From: an uncultured cyanobacterium | GTDB taxonomy: Bacteria; Cyanobacteriota; Cyanobacteriia; Cyanobacteriales; Nostocaceae | Length of the DNA: 64,000 bases | Assembly: GCA_963706595.1 (NCBI GenBank) | Contig: OY970166.1 | Span: forward strand, 4,960,001-5,024,000 | Direction: 5' to 3' | Part shown: one piece after another, positions 30,921 to 41,968 of the stretch | Numbering within the stretch: position 1 is the first letter of the stretch | How the letters are laid out: each line of letters opens with the position of its first letter | Notes under the pieces: model-generated | Seen by the model: the letters and a program-made list of their open reading frames with translations, nothing else | What the model was told of the DNA's origin: nothing | Database searches by the model: none | Position numbers and translations under genes: made by a program

Positions 30921-33539
30921 ATGCAACCCACTAATCCTAATCAATTTACCGAAAAAGCCTGGGAAGCGATCGCTCATACCCCAGATATTGCTAAACAATA
31001 TCAGCAACAGCAAATCGAAAGTGAACACCTGATCAAAGCCCTGCTAGAACAGGAAGGTCTAGCCAGCAGTATTTTAACGAAGGCGGGTGTTGATTTGCAA
31101 AAAATCCGCGAACGCACCGAGCAATTTATCCAACGTCAGCCAAAGGTATCTGGTAGCAGCACGTCCGTATTTTTGGGACGGAGTTTAGATACACTGTTAG
31201 ATAGAGCCGATGTCTATCGTCAGGATTTCAAAGACGAATATATCTCAATTGAGCATTTATTGCTCGCTTATGCCAAAGATGACCGTTTTGGTAAAAGTTT
31301 ATTTCAAGAATTCGGTTTAGACGAAAGCAAGCTCAAGAAAATCATTAAACAAATTCGTGGGAGTCAAAAAGTGACCGACCAAAATCCAGAAGGCAAATAT
31401 GAAGCACTGGAAAAATATGGACGTGACCTCACAGAAGCAGCACGGAAAGGTCAACTTGATCCAGTGATTGGGCGGGATGATGAAATTCGCCGCACTGTAC
31501 AAATTCTCTCCCGGCGTACCAAGAATAACCCTGTGTTAATTGGTGAACCGGGTGTGGGTAAAACTGCGATCGCCGAAGGTCTAGCCCAACGGATTATTGC
31601 TGGTGATGTCCCCCAATCCCTGAAAGACCGCAAGTTGATCTCTTTAGATATGGGGGCTTTAATCGCCGGGGCGAAATTCCGGGGCGAATTTGAAGAACGC
31701 CTGAAAGCAGTATTAAAGGAAGTTACGGAATCCGGCGGTAATATAGTTCTATTTATTGATGAAATTCATACTGTGGTCGGCGCGGGTGCGACTCAAGGGG
31801 CGATGGATGCCGGTAATTTGTTAAAGCCGATGTTAGCACGGGGTGAATTGCGGTGTATTGGGGCGACAACTTTAGATGAATATCGCAAGTATATTGAAAA
31901 AGATGCGGCGCTAGAAAGACGCTTCCAGCAGGTTTATGTAGATCAGCCCAGTGTCGCAGATACAATTTCGATTTTACGCGGTTTGAAAGAACGTTATGAA
32001 GTTCACCACGGGGTGAGAATTTCTGATAGTTCTTTAGTTGCAGCCGCTACATTGTCCAGTCGGTATATTAGCGATCGCTTCCTCCCAGATAAAGCCATTG
32101 ACTTGGTAGACGAAGCAGCAGCTAGGCTGAAAATGGAAATTACCTCTAAACCAGAGGAACTGGACGAAATCGACCGCAAAATATTGCAGTTGGAAATGGA
32201 AAAGCTGTCTTTGCAAAAAGAGACAGATGCAGCTTCACGAGAACGTTTAGAAAGAATTGAGAAGGAACTGGCGGATCTCAAAGAAGAACAAAGAACGCTG
32301 ACAGCTCAATGGCAGTCTGAAAAAGATATTATCAATAAAATTCAGTCAATTAAAGAAGAAATTGACCGAGTTAACTTAGAGGTGCAGCAATCAGAAAGAA
32401 ATTATGATCTGAATCGCGCCGCCGAGTTGAAATATGGCAAGTTAACTAATTTACACCGTCAGCTAGAAACCGCAGAAGGCGAATTAGCCAACGTCCAAGG
32501 AACTGGCAAATCCCTGTTGCGGGAGGAAGTTACAGAAGCTGACATTGCGGAAATCATTTCTAAGTGGACGAGAATCCCGATCAGCAAGTTAGTAGAATCT
32601 GAGAAAGAAAAACTGCTGCATTTAGAAGATGAACTGCATCAACGAGTCATTGGACAAGCCGAAGCCGTCACAGCTGTAGCCGATGCGATTCAGCGATCGC
32701 GTGCGGGACTGGCTGATCCAAATCGTCCCATTGCGAGTTTTATTTTCCTCGGTCCCACAGGTGTAGGTAAAACCGAATTAGCCAAAGCCTTAGCGGCATA
32801 TATGTTCGACACTGAAGAATCTTTAGTGCGGATTGATATGTCTGAATATATGGAGAAACACGCAGTTTCCCGGTTAATTGGTGCGCCTCCAGGATATGTC
32901 GGTTATGAAGAAGGCGGTCAATTAACCGAAGTAATTCGTCGCCGTCCTTATGCGGTGATTCTCTTCGACGAAATCGAAAAAGCACACGCTGACGTTTTCA
33001 ATATCTTACTGCAAATTCTCGATGATGGTCGTGTGACTGATTCCCAAGGTCGGACAGTGGACTTCAAAAACGCAATTATTATCATGACCAGTAACATCGG
33101 TTCTCAGTATATTCTCGATGTGGCTGGGGAAGCCGAACATTATGATGAAATGCGCCGCCGAGTCATGGAAGCAATGCGAAATAGCTTCCGTCCAGAGTTC
33201 CTGAACCGGATTGATGAAATTATCATCTTCCACGGTTTGGATAAAAAAGAACTACGGCAAATTGTCCTGTTACAAGTAGAGAGATTAAGAGGAAGATTGA
33301 GCGATCGCAAGATGTCGCTGAAACTCTCAGATTCTGCTCTTGACTTTTTAGCCGAAGTAGGATACGACCCTGTATATGGAGCGCGTCCACTCAAACGAGC
33401 CATTCAAAGAGAGTTAGAAACTCAAATTGCCAAAGGGATCTTGCGTGGTGACTTCAACGACGGCGACACCATTTTTGTTGATGTGCAGAATGAGCGTCTT
33501 TCCTTTAGTCGCTTACCTGTGGAAGTATTTACAACCTAA
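30921..33539 (+). CDS. clpB: ATP-dependent chaperone ClpB
   Basis: Two AAA modules ([16 protein letters not shown]) and coiled-coil M domain; start MQPTNPNQF at 30921. Confidence 0.98.
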   Translation: MQPTNPNQFTEKAWEAIAHTPDIAKQYQQQQIESEHLIKALLEQEGLASSILTKAGVDLQKIRERTEQFIQRQPKVSGSSTSVFLGRSLDTLLDRADVYRQDFKDEYISIEHLLLAYAKDDRFGKSLFQEFGLDESKLKKIIKQIRGSQKVTDQNPEGKYEALEKYGRDLTEAARKGQLDPVIGRDDEIRRTVQILSRRTKNNPVLIGEPGVGKTAIAEGLAQRIIAGDVPQSLKDRKLISLDMGALIAGAKFRGEFEERLKAVLKEVTESGGNIVLFIDEIHTVVGAGATQGAMDAGNLLKPMLARGELRCIGATTLDEYRKYIEKDAALERRFQQVYVDQPSVADTISILRGLKERYEVHHGVRISDSSLVAAATLSSRYISDRFLPDKAIDLVDEAAARLKMEITSKPEELDEIDRKILQLEMEKLSLQKETDAASRERLERIEKELADLKEEQRTLTAQWQSEKDIINKIQSIKEEIDRVNLEVQQSERNYDLNRAAELKYGKLTNLHRQLETAEGELANVQGTGKSLLREEVTEADIAEIISKWTRIPISKLVESEKEKLLHLEDELHQRVIGQAEAVTAVADAIQRSRAGLADPNRPIASFIFLGPTGVGKTELAKALAAYMFDTEESLVRIDMSEYMEKHAVSRLIGAPPGYVGYEEGGQLTEVIRRRPYAVILFDEIEKAHADVFNILLQILDDGRVTDSQGRTVDFKNAIIIMTSNIGSQYILDVAGEAEHYDEMRRRVMEAMRNSFRPEFLNRIDEIIIFHGLDKKELRQIVLLQVERLRGRLSDRKMSLKLSDSALDFLAEVGYDPVYGARPLKRAIQRELETQIAKGILRGDFNDGDTIFVDVQNERLSFSRLPVEVFTT

Positions 33540-33615
33540 CACTCCTTTATTTGTGATCTCCCCTCCTCGCTTGCGGGGAGGGGCTGGGGGTGGGGTGCTA
33601 GATTGCGGGACTAGC

Positions 33616-34191
33616 CTAAAACCATGAACTTGGCTGCTGCAAAAATGCCTTTTCCGATGCAGTTGAAGTCCGTCCCAAAATACTATTGCGATGAGGAAAG
33701 CGCCCAAAACGTGCAATTATTTCTTGATGACTCAATGAATTTTCAATTGCCTTAGCACTATCAGGATCATGACTCAGTTGCTGAAATAGCTTGACACACT
33801 GACGCTGATGGGTGAGGTTTTCACTGTGTTCAAAAGGTAAATAAATAAACCAGCGTTGTACAGGCAAGAATTGGCAATCATAGCCTTGGACAACTGCGTG
33901 TTGGGCGGCTGAAAGGGCTTCCCAATCAGTTGCAAAGGCTTCAGGTGTACCACGAAACATATTTCGCGGAAACTGATCAAATAGCAGAATCAGTGCTAAA
34001 CAGGTTTCGGCTGAATCAATCCAGTCATCTAGATATCCGTCTGCTGCTTTTTGGTAGGCTGAGAGAAACTGATTCCGGATTTCCTGATCAAATTCGGCTT
34101 TTTCCCTAAACCAATCAGCCTTGGGTTTGCCATAATCAGGTGCATCTGGCTCACCAAACCAAAATTCCAAAATAGTTTTTGCCTCTAACAT
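33616..34191 (-). CDS. DUF924 family protein
   Basis: ILEFWF, DQFPRNMFR, YLPFEHSE, FGRFPHRN. Confidence 0.92.
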   Translation of the reverse strand: MLEAKTILEFWFGEPDAPDYGKPKADWFREKAEFDQEIRNQFLSAYQKAADGYLDDWIDSAETCLALILLFDQFPRNMFRGTPEAFATDWEALSAAQHAVVQGYDCQFLPVQRWFIYLPFEHSENLTHQRQCVKLFQQLSHDPDSAKAIENSLSHQEIIARFGRFPHRNSILGRTSTASEKAFLQQPSSWF

Positions 34192-34196
34192 TGCCT

Positions 34197-34754
34197 TTAT
34201 TGAACCTTACATAAAACTTGTCGCATTTTACGCATATTTGCAGGCAATTCAAAATGCATGGCTTGTTGAATCACAATTGAAGGGATAGGGATATTAGGCG
34301 TAGCTTGGACTTGATATGCCAACAATGTGCCATCGCCAAAATCTTTGAGGTCTAAAATGGCTGTAAAGTCGAGAAAAGTCCCTTTTTGCATCCGGAATTG
34401 AATTTGTTGCCCTAGCAATTCTACGACATCAAGATAAATCTCTACTTGAGCCGTAAAAAACAAAAAACTTTTTTGTGCGACTTGATACACTCGCTTGACT
34501 TCACCCTTGGACAAAACTTCGCTTTTGGTAAGATCAGGAAAATATTGTACCCAACGAGGATAATCAGTTAATTGCTGCCATGCCTGCGATCGCAATAACG
34601 GTAAATACATACAGGCGGTAACAGATCCACCGCAGGCTGTGTGCGATCGCGTTTGCAACAAAATTTCACCTTGCATCAGCGACGATTGCTTTTCCTGACT
34701 CCAAGGCATATTCAAACCTCTAATAATCGAGTCTGAGATATGAGATGCAGACAT
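34197..34754 (-). CDS. SRPBCC / polyketide cyclase-dehydrase family protein
   Basis: WQQLTDYPRWVQYFPD START-like motif. Confidence 0.8.
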   Translation of the reverse strand: MSASHISDSIIRGLNMPWSQEKQSSLMQGEILLQTRSHTACGGSVTACMYLPLLRSQAWQQLTDYPRWVQYFPDLTKSEVLSKGEVKRVYQVAQKSFLFFTAQVEIYLDVVELLGQQIQFRMQKGTFLDFTAILDLKDFGDGTLLAYQVQATPNIPIPSIVIQQAMHFELPANMRKMRQVLCKVQ

Positions 34755-35009
34755 ATTAATTTCAGTTACTCCTCAACTTCTCCACCTGTCAGCACTGAAA
34801 CGGCAAACCATTCAATAGGATTTGATCCCAGCAAACAAATTCTCGTTTCAGTGCTATGCTGCCCAAACTAATCATTTTTAAGAAATTATTCCGGAATTAT
34901 ACTGTAAAAACTGTATTTCTTATCACTCTTTATGAAAACCATAAGTTAGTGACTTATAAAATAGAATATCAACAAAGCAGTTTTAATCTTGATTTGAGAG
35001 GCTAATTAA

Positions 35010-35204
35010 GTGAATCAATCTTCATTAAATCGGACATTAACCCAAATTTTTGGGATTCTGCTCGGTATTGGACTAGCCGTATGGGTATTGAGAGGTTTTG
35101 GGATTTTGACGTTTATTCCAGGTGGAGTTATTGGGCTATTATTACTAGGCGCGATCGCTGTCGGGATTATTAGCTATGTCCAGAGAACTTGGTGGCGCTT
35201 ATAG
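35010..35204 (+). CDS. small membrane protein (2 TM)
   Basis: GAGG RBS, GTG start, two hydrophobic helices. Confidence 0.7.
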   Translation: MNQSSLNRTLTQIFGILLGIGLAVWVLRGFGILTFIPGGVIGLLLLGAIAVGIISYVQRTWWRL

Positions 35205-35236
35205 TCTCAATATACTTCTAAAACAGGTAAAAAACT

Positions 35237-35401
35237 ATGGAAAAGTATGTATGTACTGTTTGCGGTTATGAATATGACCCTGAAATTGGTGATCCTGATA
35301 GTGGGATAGCCCCAGGAACACCCTTTGAAGATATCCCAGAGGATTGGGTCTGTCCAGTTTGCGGCGCGACAAAAGATTTATTTGAACCGCTAGAACCGTA
35401 A
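35237..35401 (+). CDS. rubredoxin (54 aa, not in the ORF track)
   Basis: [54 protein letters not shown] with two CxxCG motifs. Confidence 0.96.
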   Translation: MEKYVCTVCGYEYDPEIGDPDSGIAPGTPFEDIPEDWVCPVCGATKDLFEPLEP

Positions 35402-35529
35402 GGCGGAAGTTAAAAGTTTACCCTGAGCGAAGTCGAAGGGTCAAAAGTCAAACAGCTGATGGAGTCCCTATTTATGCTTTGCTGTACTAGCCTAGAATTA
35501 GATGCCATATCATAGAGACATTTTTTAAA

Positions 35530-36768
35530 TTGCTGCCGTTAAACATTGTAGTTATTGGGGGTGGGGCGGCCGGATTTTTCGGCGCGATCGCTTGTGCTAA
35601 AGTTAATCCTCACGCCCATGTCACTTTAATCGAAGCTAGTCGTCAACCACTAGCAAAAGTCCTAATTTCCGGTGGAGGGCGCTGTAACGTCACTCATGCT
35701 TGCTTTGAACCAGCCAGATTAGTCCAAAGTTACCCCAGAGGTGGAAAAGCTCTGCGGGGTGCTTTCACCCGCTTTCAAGCTCAAGATACAGTCGATTGGT
35801 TTAGAAAACAAGGTGTACATCTGAAAACCGAAGCCGATGGCCGAATGTTTCCCATTACAGATAATTCCGAAACCATTGTGGAATGTCTGATTAAAGCTAC
35901 AGCCAAATTTGGGGTAGAACTACGCCTGGGGACACCAGTAATTGCTGTGAAAAAAGTTAACCCAGAAGCAGGATTTGAAATTCTGTTGAAATCGGGAGAA
36001 ACTAAAAAGTGCGATCGCCTACTATTGGCAACAGGAAGCAACCCTGTGGGTTATAAAATTACCAGAGAGTTTGGTCATCACATTGAACCCCCTGTACCTT
36101 CTTTATTTACCTTTAATATTCCCGATCCCAAGCTCAGAGCATTGGCTGGCGTGAGTATGAACCCTGTGCAGTTACGGTTAGCTGGTACAGGAAAACCTCT
36201 ACTAGAACAAACTGGACCATTATTAATTACCCACTGGGGAATGAGTGGCCCGGCTGTCCTCAAACTTTCGGCTTGGGGTGCGAGATTTCTCCACGAAAAC
36301 CGCTATAGAGCTACATTATTGGTGAATTGGTTGCCTGATTTCAATCAAGAAGAAGTACGGCAAAAAATCCTAACAGTGAAGTCAGAATGGGGACAAAAGG
36401 CGATCGCCTTACATCGTGGCGTTGACCTACCCCATCGCCTCTGGCAATATATTGTAGACCGTGCCAGTATTACTACTGAAGACCGTTGGGCAGAACTACC
36501 CAAACAAAAATTAAATCAGCTAGTCCAAGAACTGACTCAGGGAGAATATTTAATCCAAGGGAAGGGAGTTTTTAAAGAAGAATTTGTCACCTGTGGCGGT
36601 GTCGATCTCAAAGAAGTCAACTTTAAGACAATGGAGAGTAAGTTAATTCCCGGACTTTACTTTGCCGGAGAAATTCTAGATATTGATGGTATTACCGGTG
36701 GCTTTAACTTCCAAAGTGCTTGGACGACTTCATATTTAGCTGGTAATGCTATGGGAAATAGCGAATAA
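35530..36768 (+). CDS. HI0933/BaiN-like NAD(P)/FAD-dependent oxidoreductase
   Basis: GGGAAG, SGGGRCNVT, TCGGV, DGITGGFNFQ. Confidence 0.92.
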   Translation: MLPLNIVVIGGGAAGFFGAIACAKVNPHAHVTLIEASRQPLAKVLISGGGRCNVTHACFEPARLVQSYPRGGKALRGAFTRFQAQDTVDWFRKQGVHLKTEADGRMFPITDNSETIVECLIKATAKFGVELRLGTPVIAVKKVNPEAGFEILLKSGETKKCDRLLLATGSNPVGYKITREFGHHIEPPVPSLFTFNIPDPKLRALAGVSMNPVQLRLAGTGKPLLEQTGPLLITHWGMSGPAVLKLSAWGARFLHENRYRATLLVNWLPDFNQEEVRQKILTVKSEWGQKAIALHRGVDLPHRLWQYIVDRASITTEDRWAELPKQKLNQLVQELTQGEYLIQGKGVFKEEFVTCGGVDLKEVNFKTMESKLIPGLYFAGEILDIDGITGGFNFQSAWTTSYLAGNAMGNSE

Positions 36769-36894
36769 AAAACACCACAAGTTTAAAAAATTTGGCTACG
36801 TGACTGAGTTTCCCGTATCCCAGGTTTTTTATGTATGCTTGCACAGAAATGTTCTTCTCTGTGCTTCAATCTTTTTAGACTTGAATACACCACC

Positions 36895-37935
36895 ATGAAA
36901 TTTAGCGAAATTGTCAGTAAACTTGCCGTATCTGCCGCAGATTATAGCCTCGGCACTAGCCAAGACCCAGAAATTACAGGTTTAGCTGCTTTAGATGAAG
37001 CTACACTTAACCATCTTAGTTACGTTGAAGGGGCAAAATTTGCGTCTCTGGTTAGCCAGACAAAGGCTAGTGCTTTAATTTTGCCCCCAGATAAAACGTT
37101 ACAGCTACAAGCACAAGAACGGGGTATAGCTTGGATAGCCACGCCAGATCCGCGATTGTTGTTTGCTCAAGCGATCGCACTTTTTTACCAACCATATCGC
37201 CCCAGCCCAGAAATTCATCCTACTGCGGTGATTCATCCCACTGCAAAAGTTGGTAACGAAGTTTATATTGGACCCCATGCGGTGATTCAGCAAGGTGTAG
37301 AAATTGGCAATGGTGCAATTATTCATCCCAATGTAGTAATTTATCCCGATGCTAAAATAGGCGATCGCACCACCTTACACGCAAACTGCACCATCCATGA
37401 ACGTACCCGCATCGGGAACGATTGCGTAATTCACAGTGGGACTGTAATTGGTGCAGAAGGCTTTGGATTTGTGCCTACCCGTACTGGTTGGCTGAAAATG
37501 GAACAATCTGGCTATACTGTCTTAGAAGATCATGTAGAAGTTGGCTGTAACAGTGCCATTGACCGCCCCGCCGTGGGCGAAACCCGCGTAGGTAGTCATA
37601 CAATAATTGACAACATGGTACAAATAGGACACGGTTGCCAAATTGGTATGGGTTGTGCTATTGCAGGTCAGGCGGGACTAGCTGGAGGCGTGAAAGTAGG
37701 GAAGCGAGTAATTTTGGCGGGACAGTCAGGAGTTGCCAATCAAGTTAAAATTGGTGATGGTGCGATCGCCTCTGCTCAAGCCGGAATTCATCATGATGTC
37801 GCACCAGGAGAAATTGTCTCCGGCGTGCCAGCAGTGCCTCACAAACTATATCTCAAAGCATCTGCCATATATCATCGTCTGCCGGAAATGTATCAATCTT
37901 TCAGGCAATTACAACGCCAGTTAGGGAAAAAGTAA
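36895..37935 (+). CDS. lpxD: UDP-3-O-(3-hydroxyacyl)glucosamine N-acyltransferase
   Basis: Hexapeptide repeats, IGAEGFGF, IDNMVQIGH; start MKFSEI at 36895. Confidence 0.96.
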   Translation: MKFSEIVSKLAVSAADYSLGTSQDPEITGLAALDEATLNHLSYVEGAKFASLVSQTKASALILPPDKTLQLQAQERGIAWIATPDPRLLFAQAIALFYQPYRPSPEIHPTAVIHPTAKVGNEVYIGPHAVIQQGVEIGNGAIIHPNVVIYPDAKIGDRTTLHANCTIHERTRIGNDCVIHSGTVIGAEGFGFVPTRTGWLKMEQSGYTVLEDHVEVGCNSAIDRPAVGETRVGSHTIIDNMVQIGHGCQIGMGCAIAGQAGLAGGVKVGKRVILAGQSGVANQVKIGDGAIASAQAGIHHDVAPGEIVSGVPAVPHKLYLKASAIYHRLPEMYQSFRQLQRQLGKK

Positions 37936-38101
37936 GCAATTAATTGAACATTATTAACTCTGTTTTGGGAAGCACTACTAAATACAGCATTTTGCAAGTA
38001 AATAAAGTACACACCTTAATACTATAAATTTCGTGGGGTGGGCATCCTGCCCGCCCTTGTGTACGGATGAAATCTGCTGTAAGTAGAGTTTCCCTTACTG
38101 A

Positions 38102-40717
38102 TTAAACTTCTATTTCCGTTTGAATCTCTGTTTCAATTTGAGCCTCAACCATTGGGGTATAAATGGGAATATCAGCTTGTATTGCTTCAAAGCTAACAAC
38201 TAGAGAATATGGAACTTCAGCAAAAGGATCGTTATTCCAGCCTTCATGTCCTACTACTGCTATACAGAATGCCTCTTTTAATTGATAGGATTTTACAAAT
38301 GCCCAATCTTTTTGGATAGTTCCTATACTTCTAGACACATTTTTAATGCTTCTATAGCGTTTTTCTTTACCAAGAGTCCAGGTAAATAAGTCGTCTCCTT
38401 TTTCGGCATCTTCTGGAATAGTATGATTAGCTAACATTCTACCTAAAAAATGTTTTGAATCTTCACCTGTTTTGCTACAGTCCCAATGTAACCAAGTTGA
38501 TAAATACTTTCTTCTATTACGCCTTGTTCTACGTGGTTGCGCTTTGTATGATAATGTAATTTCCAATAAAATCTCAAATTCTTCTCCTGGTGATCTGAGA
38601 CTATCCGGTAATTTTACTTGATAAATGTCAACCTCTCCGGCTTTAATTAATTTTTCCCCTTGTGTGATTAGTGTAATACGATTAGGAGTATTACTAATGG
38701 CACGTTCAAGATTAGGAATACCATAGCCTATTTGACGAATTACATTATATTTTTCTTCATTAGTTTTTGCTAATGCCCAATCTGGCCAACGTGCTGATTG
38801 AACAATTAATGCTCGATATAGCAAACAACTTTCATTAGGGAATTCAGCAGCAAGTCTGGCAGCAATATGGGTTACTCTTGGTGCTGCAAAGGAAGTTCCA
38901 AAAGCATCCGCAGCAACTAAAGGACTAGAACCACTACCTAAAGTTGATCTTACTAATTCTGGGCTGGTATTGGTGTTACAAATCAAGCTTGGTGGCTGAT
39001 TATTATCTTTTAAAATATCACCACCATACTCTACCACTTCTGGTTTAATCGTGTCCCATATTCCTAAACCAGAACAGGAAAATGGTGATGGTTCGTCTTT
39101 TTCTCCTAATGAAGACCAAGATAAATCACGAAAATAATTTGACGTAATTGAACCGACTGTTAAGGCTTGAAAACTTTGTGACGGGTTGGCAATTCTACAA
39201 GAATTTTCTGTCAGATAATCTGGGTATTCTCTATAAGCCAATAAGTGCTGTTTAACGGATAATCTTGGTGAAGTTCGATAGCTATCTAAAGGAATATTCC
39301 CAGCAGCTACGATAAAAAGGATATCTTTTTCATAACTTAATTGGTCTATAGTAGATGCCCAAGCACTCATATATCTAGTCCGACACGGAGCATCACTAGC
39401 AATTGAATGATTAAAGATTCTCGTTGCTGTTTGACTATAGTAATAGTCAACAATACCTCTTAGCAAATTTGGGCGATCTATTCGATCAGACAGTCTACAG
39501 TTTTGATCTAGTATTCTTGAGTTTTGAAGCCAACAAACTGCTTGGTAACTTTCTTGTCTGGGAATAATTCTTGGATATAAAACTGCTCCAGCAACCCTAG
39601 TTCCATGTCCACCATTACGTACCATATCAGCAGTTAAATTCATTTCTGAAGGAATCCAAGATTTTGAATTATTATAATCAATGGCATTTTTTAGTAAAGG
39701 ATGTTCTTCTTGAATACCGCTATCAATAATACATACTTTAGGAGCATCTTCATCAGGACATTCTAAGATAAATGCATTATTTACATCTCCAGATATTTCA
39801 TGTTCAGGTAAGCCAGGTTCATAAATATTATCTTGTTCGGTTACTTCAAAAACATAAGGAAAGTTAAATACCAAGTCTTTTAAACCTAAGCCGGAAATCT
39901 GAATTAGACATGAAAAACTATCGGGTACTTTAGAAAATTGAGGAGTATCATCTACAAAGCTACTTAAAATTTCACAATGATACTTAGGATTTCCGAGGAA
40001 ATTTAATAAATCTTCTTGCCTTTCTGATGCTAAGTCATCCCATTCTTGATATGTTAGATCACGATCTTCATTCCATTTATTGATTGCTTTTACATAATTT
40101 TCAGAATTTTTATAATTTTTTTGCTCTGGATATTCAGGTAATTTGGTTTTAGGTCCCAAACATGATATGCCTACTTCAACTACATAAACTTGATCATCTC
40201 TTATTTGATCCCATTTCTCTAGTAAACTGGGAGATAAAATAAATTCTGGATATTGATGTTTATCAAGAATATTCAAAATTTTAGCGATTACACCCCCACC
40301 TCTTTGATTATTTATAAAATTTTCTATTTTCTTTTGTAGTTCACTAAGGTTAGTATCGGCTGATGCACCAATAATATATCCGTCTTCTAACTCTGATATG
40401 ATTGCTATATCTGAGGTTCTCAAATCATCTAGATCGAAAGTTTCAGTATCAATTTCTAATATTAAAGTTATGGCATCGGGAAGAGTAGATTGCTTATTTT
40501 CTTGTTCTCCTTTCTCTTGTCCTTCTTTGAATATTCGCCAATCATCAACCATGGAAGAAACTATGTTTTTAATTTTGCTTCCATGTCCTTGACGATTGTT
40601 CTTATTAATCTCTGTTTGAGTTTCTTTACTGCCACCGCCACCACCTAGAGATTTTGCTGGTTCTTTGTGTGTAAGCGTAAGATTAATATGTGGAAAACCC
40701 TGAGAACCTTTAACCAT
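38102..40717 (-). CDS. S8 (subtilisin-like) peptidase, IetS-like
   Basis: Catalytic triad IIDSGI / GHGTRVAG / GTSFAAP, plus AAGN; no signal peptide; follows an AAA ATPase. Confidence 0.9.
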   Translation of the reverse strand: MVKGSQGFPHINLTLTHKEPAKSLGGGGGSKETQTEINKNNRQGHGSKIKNIVSSMVDDWRIFKEGQEKGEQENKQSTLPDAITLILEIDTETFDLDDLRTSDIAIISELEDGYIIGASADTNLSELQKKIENFINNQRGGGVIAKILNILDKHQYPEFILSPSLLEKWDQIRDDQVYVVEVGISCLGPKTKLPEYPEQKNYKNSENYVKAINKWNEDRDLTYQEWDDLASERQEDLLNFLGNPKYHCEILSSFVDDTPQFSKVPDSFSCLIQISGLGLKDLVFNFPYVFEVTEQDNIYEPGLPEHEISGDVNNAFILECPDEDAPKVCIIDSGIQEEHPLLKNAIDYNNSKSWIPSEMNLTADMVRNGGHGTRVAGAVLYPRIIPRQESYQAVCWLQNSRILDQNCRLSDRIDRPNLLRGIVDYYYSQTATRIFNHSIASDAPCRTRYMSAWASTIDQLSYEKDILFIVAAGNIPLDSYRTSPRLSVKQHLLAYREYPDYLTENSCRIANPSQSFQALTVGSITSNYFRDLSWSSLGEKDEPSPFSCSGLGIWDTIKPEVVEYGGDILKDNNQPPSLICNTNTSPELVRSTLGSGSSPLVAADAFGTSFAAPRVTHIAARLAAEFPNESCLLYRALIVQSARWPDWALAKTNEEKYNVIRQIGYGIPNLERAISNTPNRITLITQGEKLIKAGEVDIYQVKLPDSLRSPGEEFEILLEITLSYKAQPRRTRRNRRKYLSTWLHWDCSKTGEDSKHFLGRMLANHTIPEDAEKGDDLFTWTLGKEKRYRSIKNVSRSIGTIQKDWAFVKSYQLKEAFCIAVVGHEGWNNDPFAEVPYSLVVSFEAIQADIPIYTPMVEAQIETEIQTEIEV

Positions 40718-40760
40718 TTTTTTCTCCAAACACCAAAAATTTAATTTAATTCTCGAAAAA

Positions 40761-41765
40761 CTAGGAAACTTTAATTTCTGCGATCGCTTCTTCTAAGTGT
40801 TCCTGAATCACTAACCCCTCTCGCTCAAGGATTGCTCGTTTAGCCGCATCTTGTGCAACCCTCACAGCTTGAGCAGCAGAAAAATCTCTCATCTGCTCAA
40901 TGATTCTTGGCCAGTTGATAGATCCCACAGCAATTGCAGATAGTGTTTCCTTAAGTATAAATTCTAGCTCTTGTTCTCCGGGTTTGGGTACTGCAATCAA
41001 ATCATCAAATCTTCTCCATAGGGCAGTATCCAAAGATTTATTCAAATTAGTAGCTGCTACCATCAGCCCAGAAGACGGTTGATACTCATCCAAAATTTGC
41101 AAAAATGTGTTTACTACGCGCTTAATTTCTCCTACTTCCTGAGAATCTTCTCGTGTCTTAGCAATTGAGTCACATTCATCAAGAAATAACAAACATGGGC
41201 TTTTTGAAGCGTCCTCAAATACCAGTCTCAAATTGCTGGCAGTTTCACCTAAAAAAGAAGAAACCATTGCATCAAATCGCACTTTCAGAAGTGGTAAACC
41301 TGTATTCCAGGCTAAACGCTCGGCTCCTAGTGTCTTTCCACAACCAGGAGGACCATAGAGCAGAATTTTTTGCCTATAGCGCAGTCCATGATGAGCAAGC
41401 CTATCTCTGGCTGCATACTCACGCTCTATTCGCTGGAAACGTTTCTCAATCTTCTCAGGCAGTACCATGTAATGGCGTAGTTTCTCCCTAGGTATGATTG
41501 TTACCAGGGGAAGATTAAATCGCTTACTGGTTGGTAATTCACTTAAAGCCTGTAAGTTCTCTGGTACTGAGGAATCATATTTAATGGGGTCGGGAGACTT
41601 TTCTTTGTTCGTTCTCTTTTTAGTAATATTCTCTAACTGGTCAGCAAGAAGAGTATGTCCTTTGCTGCGTTCTTCATCTATCACTAGATATGTGAGCTTG
41701 TCAATCGCCTCTTGATCTGAACTGGCGATCGCTCTAAATAATCTCTTGAGAAGCTCCCCTTTCAT
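40761..41765 (-). CDS. AAA+ ATPase, IetA-like
   Basis: GPPGCGKT, FLDECD, AATN, LDTALWRRFD; start MKGELL at 41765. Confidence 0.92.
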   Translation of the reverse strand: MKGELLKRLFRAIASSDQEAIDKLTYLVIDEERSKGHTLLADQLENITKKRTNKEKSPDPIKYDSSVPENLQALSELPTSKRFNLPLVTIIPREKLRHYMVLPEKIEKRFQRIEREYAARDRLAHHGLRYRQKILLYGPPGCGKTLGAERLAWNTGLPLLKVRFDAMVSSFLGETASNLRLVFEDASKSPCLLFLDECDSIAKTREDSQEVGEIKRVVNTFLQILDEYQPSSGLMVAATNLNKSLDTALWRRFDDLIAVPKPGEQELEFILKETLSAIAVGSINWPRIIEQMRDFSAAQAVRVAQDAAKRAILEREGLVIQEHLEEAIAEIKVS

Positions 41766-41968
41766 AACGCCTCTCAGTATCAATAGTTATTTTTTATCAC
41801 TTGGTACTATTGTACTAAAACAAGATGAATCACTAAAAATTATAACCTGATTACCCTGTTCATAATTACTATATTAAGCAATGTATCTGATTAATCTCTT
41901 TGAACAATTGCCTTGGGAGACTACGCCACGCTATTGGTAACGGCGATGGCGTAGGTTGTCGGTTAGTG

